Assembly: GCA_900617105.1 (NCBI GenBank)
Contig: UYFQ01000469.1
Span: forward strand, 62,001 to 122,078
Reading direction: 5' to 3'
Length of the DNA: 60,078 nucleotides
From: Hydrurus foetidus
Taxonomy: Eukaryota
This document shows positions 48,867 to 60,078 of the stretch, piece after piece. Below the pieces are notes generated by a model. It saw nothing but the letters and a program-made list of their open reading frames with translations, made no database searches and was not told where the DNA came from. A program made the position numbers and the translations under genes. The first letter of the stretch is position 1. Every line of letters starts with the position of its first letter.

Positions 48867-51800
48867 TTAGTTTGACATTTTGTCACTGTGCTTTACTTTT
48901 ATTATTCTCAATGATTTATCAACAATCTCATTTGTTAACTTTTCAAATACTTGTTTTGTTACTCTTTTCGTTCCAATATCTGAATTATTATCAGATGATG
49001 CTATTTTGACTAGCACACACGTTCCATCGGCATATTTTTCTTTTAGGAAATTCTCAGTTATTTCTAAGTGACGTAGTCCTCTTGTCATATGAGTAATTAT
49101 TGATGCATCTACACATGCCTTATTGTCTTCTTCAATTCTCGTGGGTGCCTGTAGCCAACCCATTTGACTTAGCATTCCACGGTTTGCTATCACCTCTGCC
49201 TTAAGAGTGTGATTAACCGCTTTTATTTCAGATTCTGCTGTTGACGTTGATATGCTGCCCTGATCTGTTGAGCACCAGCATATTAATGATGGACCTAAAT
49301 ATCCGAGATATGATGTCTGCGAATGTAGGTTATCAAGATTGCCTGCTAAGTCAGCATCGCATTGAAATCTTAACTGAAGAAACTCAGTCATTGTCTCAAT
49401 GTCTTTGGGACCATCATGAGTCTTAAATTTTAATCTATCTGATTTTGACATTTTAACATATCTTAATAAATGTTTAGCAAATTCTATATGTCGTGGTCCA
49501 GGATTGTTACCGTATCGGGACAATACATTTAGTGCGTACATTATTGACACTAATGTATGTACCATACCATACATTAATTGACCGACAATTCTACGATATG
49601 GAAATTTGCTACACTCAGATAATTGTGCAGGAGATGCATTGTCTAATTTGGATAGACTAGTTTTGTCTAGCGGATATGGTAATGATTCATCCTTCGCGTT
49701 TTTCATTCCAATACCGTCTATAATTTCTTCAACCATTCTTGTTTGATCCATAAAATAATTAAATTCTCATCACATGTGATACGGATTCCAACAAATTCTT
49801 TATCTGAACAGTCTGTTACTTTATATTTGTGTTTATTAAAATTCTTTAGTAGGGCATCCCACTCATTTAAATCTTTCTTATCTCCAAACCAGCGAAAGTC
49901 ATCGCTATGTACTATTAGAATTATTATTCTTTCTTCTTTCCATTTGTGAAATAATTTGGGATCCCATGGAGTATTCTTGTATCCACATTCTTTGACACAC
50001 TTGTCTAACTTAATACTGAAATTTCTTCCTGAATTTGGATTCCCGTATACATTTCCTAATGATTGGATGCACATTCCTTCAGGAATACTGTATCCTTCGG
50101 GAGTCTTAATGAATATTGGATACGCTTCATTTGCTCTTGTAACTAAATATGCACCTTCCAAATCTCCACCCCGCATTGTGCATTTATAAGCAGCAGCAAT
50201 AGCTACGGCTATTTTGATTGATGTTGCTGATACATTGCCACAATACACATCATTTGGATGGTAGTGGACGTATGGCTTCATTAAATCACCCCGTGCTACA
50301 AGGCGCGCTTTCAGTGTGCCATCAGTTTTGATGTTGAATAGCCACATCATTGATACGAGTTGTTGTCCATTGTATGGAACAACTGTGAAACAATCATTCT
50401 TGTCAAAATTTTCACATTCCTTGTCTATTGCAGCTTTCCAAGCTGGTATATGTACTGCTTGTTTAAAGCATTTGGGTACACGAGGATCTATTGGTACACC
50501 TAATTTCGAGTAGTGTTGTGTTTCACACATACTTAGAGCGTATTCTTCATTTCTTACATTCATATTATACCAATATACAGGATCATTATTTTCATCTGTG
50601 TATGGCATATTGACTATATTAATATTGTTTTCATTTGTGTCTTCAAAAGGAATAGGTTCATTTCTATTTTGTTCTGCTAAGACATCTGCTCTTTCTGGGA
50701 AATCAGGTTCGAATGTTTCTCCAGCTGGTTCAACATATGGTTGAGCCAATTCTCCCTGGAGTTCATCGGGTGCTGCTTTTCGATGTAAGAACGGTACATA
50801 ATGATCTGTGTATACGAATTCACGATCGTACGGTTCTTCATCATTTGTGTATATACTAAAGTCTATTGTTGGGTCAAATATTACGTCTTTACTTTCACGG
50901 ATTCGTCCATATTTACCATTTTCATATGGAATTACGAAGTAGTTAGGAAAAAGAAGGAATGTATTTGAATATCCACAAAACTTAGCTTTATACGCTCTTC
51001 TTGCACCTAATTTGACACGTTCAGCTAGAGGTATGAATACATAGCATGAAGACCAAAAAGGTTGTAAGTATTTTATATTTATTGGTTGTCCAGTTATTTT
51101 CATATATGGGGACGTTCCTATTACTTTTGAGAAATTATATGATGCTGTGTCGCAAGCATATGTCATTGCTAAATCCCAATATATTTGAGGGACTGGATTG
51201 TCTGGGCTAAGCATTGCAACATTTGTTTTCGCTACAATTACTCCTACAGCTCTTTCTGCTACACCACCAGCATGTTTGTCTCTGGATGGTGTGCGCTTGA
51301 GTTGGTATCCTTTTGAACTAACAAACGCTGAGAATTCATTTGATCTATAATTTCTTTCTGGGTCAAGTCGAATGAACCACGAGTATCGGTATCATGGACA
51401 TATTGCCACTCAGGGTGTTGATTAAATAATTTTAAACTCTGAGCACATAATTCATGAGCTGACCTATCTTTAGTATAAACCGGATAACAACGACGCGTTG
51501 CTAAATCCGTATAAATATCACAATGCTTATATCCTCTTGCGGAATAGCAATTGTGCTGGTATGCATCCAGAGAGAAACATTGTCCTGGTTTAACAGGAAG
51601 ATCTCTATGTTCTCTTCTGTGATCAGTCCCAGTTTGATGCATGGTGCCATATACACAACCTTTACAAGGACCGCGTTGTTTATTGGCATCCTCTTCAGTG
51701 AATTTCGCATTGGTAGAATTTTTTAGATGCCACAACATTCCGATATTTCCGGGATGTCCGGTAACCATGTGTACGTGGTCACATAATGACACGGGTTTAA

Positions 51801-53970
51801 ATTGTGCCAAATATAATGTTGCTGAGATATTCTTTTTTAACTTTGTTTCTTTACAAGCAGGAGATATTGTTTTTTGAACTACATCTTCCTTATTGACAAC
51901 TTTATTGATAGATTTTTCTTCATTTTGATTACATTCATAGACACCATTTGATATGTATCCACGAATAATTTCAACTCCTAACTTATCTATTAGTGCTAGT
52001 GCTTCTCTAATAGATTCTATTGAAAAACATCTCATTCCTTCTGATGTAAATATAACAACATTTTGTGATCCGCCATGACATAGTTGGGAGATCGAAATTA
52101 ATGTTTCTTTCATCCCGTCCATAAGTATAATGTCGAGACCTAATGGTCCATATAGTCCTGTCGCTTTTGATTCTATGGCGGGACCAAAAGCTGGAGTTGC
52201 TTTGATACCTTGACCATATATTATGTGACGTAGGAGTGTAGGATCAGATGTGGCACATGTTGATGCGTCAGAGTCGAATAAATTTTCATTTGCCCTTGCA
52301 TTTTCATTGATTTAATATTATGATTTATTCTTAGAGATTTCAATTGCTTTTCTATTGGTTGTATATCAGTACTTGCATTAATTTCATTTGATTCGTTCAT
52401 TTTGTCATTATCTTCAGATTCATTTAACTTTAATCTTTTGGAATCATGCTCCTTTATTAAACTTTCAAATTTATTCTTTCTTCCAAGTTCTCATTTGCAT
52501 TTTCATCATCATCATCACTAATATCTTTTTCAGATTCTGTTATTGCATCTTTATATACTACATGCTCTTCACCTTCATTTATATGACTATCTAATTCTGG
52601 TTCTGATTCTGTTTGATTCACATCATATCCTTTTAATTCTCTACATTTGCCAAGCTCATCATAATCTACAATTCTTACACCTCCAACATATTCAATGTAT
52701 TTTGGTGTCTCAATATTGAATTGAGATGATTTAATGGAGTCCAGTGATATTGGACTATCAGGGATATCTATTCTATCATATGACATATCACTTGATTCAT
52801 TTTCACTTTGATCCGATGTATGTACATATATTGGAGACAATTCTTCAGTTGTTCTTGTTACTACATCTACATCAAGGATAGGTGACTGAGCTCTGTCATA
52901 TAATACTGTTATCAATGGTTTCTTTACCACTCCTGCTGACAATTGGAGTGAATGTATTAATTCATCTATTTCATTTGTTAATTTTGTTGACAGTGTTCTT
53001 TTTACCAAGTCATTAATTGGTCTTACTAGTCTTGATATTACTAAGAATGCATCTCTAATTCCAAACATAACAAATGATGGATCATTTTCTTTCAATATAT
53101 CCATTTGTAATGTTCTCCTTAAAAAGTCTTCTTTATCAAGACTTGATTTCTCATGGTAATACCCAACATGTTGACCAGCAAATGCGACAAAGTCGAATAT
53201 GATTGCGTGTAAAACCGTATCAATGAATAATGTATTATCAATTACTTCATCAAATTGTGTGTATTGATCAAGACGTTTAATCACTTCTGCATATTCACTA
53301 ACACAAGTCATTTGAGACCAATAGTGTCCTGGTCTCGTTGAGGGAATGTATTTTTCCGTCACCCCGTCAATACAGTATGGATTGAATTTCATAAAATGAT
53401 GAGCTCCTGCTTTTTCATCAGCGGGAGGAAGTACTACACGTGCTTGTAACAATGTGGCGCCTATCTGATACATGAGATGCATCCATTTAACTGTTGGCGT
53501 TCTATATCCTTTTTACGTGTAGTAGCCGGATTTTTATGCCACCCAAAGAGATCAGTATATTGATTTGCTCTTTCTTGAATATCCTTAATTGTTCTTTTGT
53601 TTTTGAATGAGAAAATATACGGAACTATTGTTGTCGCAGGATCATTTCTATTATACTCCATTACATATAAATGAAACAAATAGTATTGCTCAGCTAACAA
53701 AATTGCTGCATTGATTGCCCTTTGAGGTATGGAGCAGGCAGGATAATCACTTTGTACATTTTGGAGTAGAGCTCTTTGATGACTTTTCATATCATTTTGA
53801 TTCATTTTTGCATTGTATACTTTCTTTTTATATTCTTGATTCTGCCTATCTGACTTAATTGTTCTCTGGTCATTCGGTGTTATTCGGACTCTCATTAACG
53901 TATTGTGTCGATCCTCGTTCGACTGATAAGGTGGTGCAGAAGGGTTACCCCAACTTAAAAATGCACGCAC
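48867..53970 (-). pseudogene. Copia 1 gag-pol, frameshifted
   Basis: HVHMVTGHPG...CKGC zinc finger, FSLDAY, KARLVARGD, IVHSDDF, YRRIVGQLMY, QCDADLAG, STAESE, EEDNKAC, NNSDIGTK. Confidence 0.9.
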
Positions 53971-53974
53971 CTGA

Positions 53975-56900
53975 TGTTCAGCCTCACTATCTTTGTGACT
54001 CAGACTGTGGAGTGAAGCGAGCTACCTGTTGGCTGCGGAAGCGCAAAGGAAAGACTGGCTGATGGAAGTGGTCTCGGAAGACGTGTTTACTTACAACGAT
54101 CAAGTAGTAAAACAACTGGCGATGATATCAGAGAAGACAACCATCAAAGAAGCAAAGCAAAGCATCCATTGTGCATGAAATGGTGATCGCCGAAGTGGAA
54201 ACATATTCAGCGAATATTCAAGTTGGCGATTGAGCAATGGGCGGAACCCTCGCTGCTCATGAAATCGGATGCTTGGTGGAAACCGGATACCTGGTGGAAA
54301 TCCGGATGCTTGGTGATGGCCCCGAAGGGGGATATCGCTAGAAGAACGATGAGCGTATGTACACAACAGTGTATGGCGGTGTTTTGGGTGAGGAAGCGCT
54401 ACACTACTTGTGACATGTGAATGCTAATCTACAGATGAAACTATGCTAACAGATCATGCATGAATATGCTGGACTGACACTCCCCGTAGTGAAGATGTAG
54501 CTGAACGTGTTATTGAGAGTATCGAAATGAATGATATGTGTATATATACTCCCCGTACTGAGGATGTACTCCCCGTACGAGAGATTTGGCAAAAAGTGTA
54601 AAAAGTTAGTTATAATATATGCGTGCACTCATATAAGATAGTAAAATTAGTACGTATGTTAGAAATATGGATATTAAGTATTTATGTTATTTAATATTAG
54701 TTCGTAAAGACTTGTCAACGAGCCTGTGCGTTAGGTATTCGAAAAGTGGTAGTGGAACTCTTTTCGTACCTATGTCTGAGTTGTTTTCGCCCGAAGGGAT
54801 TTTAACAATGACACAGGTACCATCGGCGACTTTGTCCTTAAAGTAGTTTTCGCTCAGGTCAATGTGACGAAGGTTCTTGGTCATGTGTGTATGATTTGAA
54901 GCATCAACACAAGCAGAATTGTCTTCTTCGATGACTGTAGGAGCTTGTGTCCATCCCATGTGGTTTAGTATGCCCCGGAGGGAATGACATCGGATTTAAG
55001 TGCGTGATTAACTGCCTTGATTTCGGATTCCGCAGTTGATGATGAGATGCTGCCTTGGTCGGTACTCTTCCAGCAGATGACATTGTCGGCGAGGTAGCCA
55101 ATGTAGGAGGTCTGGGAGTGACGGTTGTCTTTGTTACCGGCGAGGTCGGCGTCGCATTGGAACTTCAACTGCAGTAGACTGGTCATCGTAGCGATGTCGG
55201 TGGGACCGTCGTGTGTGGTGAATTTCAGTCTATCCATCTTGGCGTATTTGACATATCGAAGTAGGTGCTTAAGGAACTTGATGTGTCTTGCACCTGGACT
55301 GTTACTATATCTGGATAGTATGTTGAGAGCGTACATGATTGTAATCAATGTGTGTACCATTCCGTACATAAGTTGACCAACTACCCGTCGGTAGGGATAC
55401 TTATTATACATGTGCCTATCGAGATCGGTAGAGTTGTCCGCCTTGGACAGACTCTCACCAGAAGGTGGATATGGTAGATGCTCATCGGCGGCGCCAGCAA
55501 GGTTGGCCTCCGATACGATGGATGTGATCATGCGTGACTGATCCATGTAGTAGTTGAAGTTTCATCGCATGTAATGCGGATGCCGACGAACTCTTTGGAG
55601 GTCGCGTCGGTGACTTCATACTTGTGGGAGTTGAATGTAGCGATGAGGAGATCCCATTCGCTAATGAGTGCAAGTGGTCCGAACCATCTGAAGTCGTCTG
55701 AGTGTGCTATCAGTATCAGGGGTTGACCTTGGACCCACTTAAAGAAGAACTTTAAGTCCCACGGTGTGTTTTCGTATCCACATTCGCGTACACATTTGTC
55801 GAATTCCTTTGAGAAATTCTGGCCTGCTGGTGGAAAACCGTAGAGGTTGCCAATGGCTTGAAAGCATGTGCCAAAAGGTGTGGTGTAACCTTGAGGTGTC
55901 TTGATGTGAACGGGAAAGTCGGGGTTAGCGAGTGTGATTAAGTAGGCGCCTACTAAATCTCCTCCCCGCATGGATAATTTGTAGGTTGCGGCTATGACGA
56001 GTGCAATCTTGATCGATGACGCATTGACATTACCGCAGTATACTGCGTAGGGGTCGAAGTCGACCCAGGGTATCATGAGATCACCACGACCTACGAGGCG
56101 GGCCTTCTTGGTGCCGTCAGTCTTGATACTGAAGAGCCACATCATTGGTACGAGGTGCTGGCCGGTGAAGGGGACAGACCGGAAGCAGTTGTTGACTTCA
56201 AACTTAGTGCGCTCAGTGTTGATGGCCTGTTCCCACTCTGGGTACTGCATTGCGGTCCAGAAGTCTTTGGGGATGTAGGGATCCTTGATTTGGACTGCTA
56301 TGTTGTAGTGCAGGACACGGAAGAGGTGAACAGGGAAGCATGTGGAAGAACTGGTGTAGGTGGACCAGTATATCATGTCATCGTTGACTGAGTGCTCTGT
56401 CTCAGGACAGGGGTTATATAGTCGGGGTCGATAAGGGGTGCAGGTGAGGGGAGGCCGGGTAGGTCGACTCGCTCAGGCACCACAATAGGGTCATTATCAT
56501 TATCAGTATAGTAGAGGGACGGGATGAGGGCGAAGGCCTCGTCGGTAGGGAAGTGTGCATCTGAGTCATGCTTGAAGTTGTTGTGCATGTCGAAGATGAC
56601 ATCCTTACTGACTCGAACAGTACCGTAGGTGTTCTTGGGTAGTATTTCTAATACTAAATATTGTGGTATTAGTATAGATGTAAAACTATAACCAACGAAC
56701 CGAGCACGGTAGGCACGAGGTGACCCAACTTTACTTTTCTGATCTTTGGGTGCGTGCTTGACATAGCAGGGTGCCCAGAATGGTCGAAGCATCCTGATGT
56801 CCACGTGTTGCCCAGAAGTGAAGTGATACGGAGAAGTACCAATACGCTTGTTAAGGTTAAAGGAATGAGTAACACATGCATAGGACATTGCAAGGTCCCA

Positions 56901-58956
56901 GAACTTCATTGGCACATGCGGAACAGGGGTTATCATGGCAACGTTGGTCTTGAGAGCTACAATGCCGACTGCTCGCTCAGCGATGCCGTTGGCATGTTTG
57001 TCACGAGGTGCAGTGTGCTCAAGTCGGTATCGGTATCGGGCGCAAAGCGCAGTAAATTCTTCAGATCGGTAGTTGGCCTCTGGGTCATGCCGGATGAAGC
57101 GATCAACCCCAGGGGTATTGTGGTTCCATTGGGGGTTAGGTCGAAGAAGGCTGCAATGCGGGCACAGAGTTCAGAGGCGGACCGGTCTTTTGTATATACA
57201 GGATAGTATTGTCCCGACGCGAGGTCGGTGAGGATGTGAGTGTAACGGTAGTTACGGAATGATGGAGTCGAGTGGGTATAGGCATCCAAGGAGAACTGCT
57301 GGCCGACGAGGGTAGTTGTGTCTCTGTGGATGCGACGATAGTCTGTGGATGCTTGACGCATTGCGCCATGGGCGCATCCAGGACAGACCGGACGGGAGGT
57401 GTGTGCATCTTTGGTGGTGAAGCGAGCATTGAGGGAATGATCGCGGTGCCATGCCATGCCTGGAAGACCGGGGTGGCCTGTGGCTTGATGCACGTGGTCG
57501 TACAGTGAAGCGGGAGTATAGTGTGTGACCAAAAGACTCTCCCGAGTGGTTGGTCAGTAGGGAGTCTCCACGTAGAGGCCGTCTTGGACGGTTCCACGGG
57601 TGACCTCCTTTCCATGCTGAGCTACCAGTGCAATGTAGGGAAGGGCTGATGCAGTCTCATAGAAGCGGAAGTCTTTATGAGTGAAGATGCCGATGAAGTG
57701 GTCGTTGGTGACACCGCCAGCGCAGAACTGGGAGACAGAGACAAGGGTGCTGTCGCCTAGTGCAGGGAGAAGGAGGGTGCTAAGCTCCAACGGTCCGAGG
57801 CTGCCTTGGTGTGTTGGTGTCATGGACGGACCGAATGCAGGGGTGACTGTGACGGATGTGCTGACAGGTTCAATGCTGGTAAGACGTTGGGAGCGGCCGG
57901 TGCCAGAGCGTGAAGCACCAGAGTCGAAGATGACCTTGTCGGGGACGTGGAACGAGTTGAGTCTCTCATGTTGGGACTTGACGACGAATGTGTTGAGCTT
58001 GGAGTCGGAGGTACCGCCGGATGGTGCAGGAGGGCGAGCTGATGCAAGCGGAGGGCGAGTACTGTTGAAGGCATGTCGGACATTTGTCGAGCGTTGAGAT
58101 CCGACTGGTGGAGTCATTCGGTGGCGCTGGGCACGAGGCATAGTGAAAGGCGAGTCGGATGCAAGTGGTTGCGCGGCTTGCCAACGTTTGAGTGACCCGG
58201 TAAGAGGGTCAGAGGGTGTCGATGGAACAGGTGGTAACGGAGTATTGAACTCCGGAAGCGTAGTGGGAATCGATGTTGACGGTGAGGCGGAAGAGGATGC
58301 TGACGAGGACGAGGTGGTGTCTTGACGCTTAGTGTCCCCTTGAGCCTGGTCTTTCTGGAATGCGATGCCGCGCTTCCTGGCGTTGTACCGCTGAAGTTCC
58401 ATTGATGCGTTCGGTGGTACCCATGGGGATGCGTCGGATGGAGGGACCATGAGACGTGTGACGGCTCCATGTAGGTAGTTAACATAAGAGAGGGCGCATC
58501 GAGGGCCACTGATGTTATGTGTTGGACAGGACATGTTGTACGGGAGGAAACAGATGGAGTCTTCGACAGAGGATTCTGAATCGCTCTCATAGTTCCGCAA
58601 AGTGTATCGTTGGCGTATGTTCTGTGGGGCAGTAGATGCTGCGAGGTCCCTGGCGAGAGATACTGTGCGGTAGTGTGACTCGGTGGGCTCAACAGGATCG
58701 GGTCCGACGAAGAGGCTGTTGGGTGTAACATGAAATGCATCGGGTAGGACATGCTGGATTACGACTCGAATGGCTTGGATGAATGACTCGTTCGATCCAG
58801 TTCGTGTCATAAGACCGTCAACGTGTGCATCAACTTCCGTGAGCATGAGTGTTGTGCCAGGAGTTGCCAGGTGCATTGGCATATCGGGCAAGCTGTGCTG
58901 CGACCCAGGAGGCACAGTCGTAGATGAGGACACTTTCACATATTGCCATGTGGTCT
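53975..58956 (-). mobile_element. Ty1/Copia LTR retrotransposon 2, nested in the gag region of Copia 1
   Basis: Putative 3' LTR ~53975-54479 (ends ctgaca, minus-strand PPT ggggag); own PR-IN-RT-RH; visibly more GC-rich than Copia 1. Confidence 0.9.
54687..58939 (-). pseudogene. Copia 2 gag-pol, frameshifted
   Basis: VIFDSGASRS (protease), HVHQATGHPG...CPGC, FSLDAY, KARLVGRGD, IAHSDDF, QCDADLAG, STAESE, NNSDIGTK. Confidence 0.9.
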
Positions 58957-60078
58957 TGTAAGACTAAGTACAAGATGTCACCTTCTAGCGTTCGCAGCGA
59001 AGGTGGAGAAGCAGCTGCAGGCTACTGTCTCAATTCAGTGAGCTATCGAGTAGACGAAGCTGTGAAGTACAACGTATTAAATTCTGATTAGAGTTTACAG
59101 ATAGCCACGCAAAAGAGCTATCAGAACAGTTCATGACAGTGAAACTACCTTGAGACAAAGTTCACAGTGAGATGTGTTGTTCATAGCATGTGCTTGAGGA
59201 ACGTTGCATGAATGCTTATAGTAACGAAGTGTTTTGGCGATACTGAAGAATCATGAAAGGCGAACGTTCATTTGCGTGAGGTCAGAGGGTTCGTACTAAC
59301 TGATACATGGCGATAGTACAGGGGTACGTATGCGTGTATATGTATACGAACGTACATGCGTGAGTACTAACTGCTATATGGCGATATTATAGGAGTACGT
59401 ATGCATGTGTATGTATAAGAACGTACATGCGTAAGTACAGTGGTACTTACGTATGTACGCCTATACATCTATGTACTACGCTATTGGCGGCCGTACATAC
59501 GTACGTATTATATATGTACATACATGTGTAAGTACGTGTGTGTACGTATGCATATAATAATTTGTACTAACATGTGCACGTACGTATGTACGTGTGTGCG
59601 TGACCATACAAGTGTACGCTATGCTATGTGCGTGCGTACGTACGTACGTACATATTGACTATGTACGTACATGTGTAAGTACATGTGTGTACGTATGCAT
59701 AAATGAGTATGCACTAACATGTGTAAGTACGTGTGTACGTGTGCATGTTATCATATCTGCATGTGTACTTACGTACGTACGTGTCGCATAACGTACATGT
59801 ATATATTTGAAACTATATTTGCAACTATATTACTACAGACATATCTTGATAGAATCAAGTGGTCTGACACTACCCGTAGTGAAGATGTAGTGTAAAATAA
59901 TGCATGTTTACTTATGAGCTACCTTTATAATATTAGAATTAACATAGTATATGTGTGATCAAGACAAATACAATATTAAAACATAATTAGTATAGTGCTA
60001 TTCAAAGATTTCGTCTCTGAGACTGATCTATAATTTGATTTAGAAGTTTATTAAATATTGTAGAGAAACTCTTTTGAA
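58957..60078 (-). mobile_element. Probable third Copia: 3' LTR (~58957-59869) and 3' UTR, continuing beyond the window
   Basis: ctgacactacccgtagtgaagatgtag from 59864 nearly matches the Copia 2 LTR/PPT junction ctgacactccccgtagtgaagatgtag from 54474. The left boundary is approximate. Confidence 0.65.
59325..59805. repeat. Alternating purine-pyrimidine low-complexity tract (TACG/TATG/TGTG)
   Basis: Runs such as gtacgtacgtacgtacata and atgtgtaagtacgtgtgtgtacgtatgcat. Confidence 0.85.

Larger units (their letters stand above)
48331..53974 (-). mobile_element. Ty1/Copia LTR retrotransposon 1 (5' part displaced by nested insertion)
   Basis: Domain order gag-like, PR (LFDSDAS), IN, RT, RNase H on the minus strand; 3' LTR at ~48331-48620. 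Confidence 0.92.

Overview
Eukaryotic nuclear DNA with GT-AG introns. The gene and transposon content suggests a stramenopile, possibly an ochrophyte (inference only). Host genes: the last exon of a small helical protein (8-328); a 12-exon membrane-anchored UDP-glucuronate decarboxylase (950-6105, -); a secreted Pro/Thr-repeat protein (14177-15572); and an S53/sedolisin peptidase (25088-40675, -) with a ~13 kb coding minisatellite giving a mucin-like Ser/Thr/Pro tail. Most of the rest is mobile DNA: an apparently intact Crypton-like tyrosine recombinase with a 30-bp palindrome upstream and a 167-bp palindrome-rich array downstream; a non-autonomous TIR element; two nested PIF/Harbinger elements; a divergent hAT-like element with a 5-bp TSD and doubled right end, carrying a Harbinger MITE; and a second hAT interrupted by three serially nested Copia elements. 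Many frameshifts and some chimeric repeat units look like long-read consensus errors, so intact versus pseudogene calls are uncertain. All family assignments come from motif recognition, not database searches.
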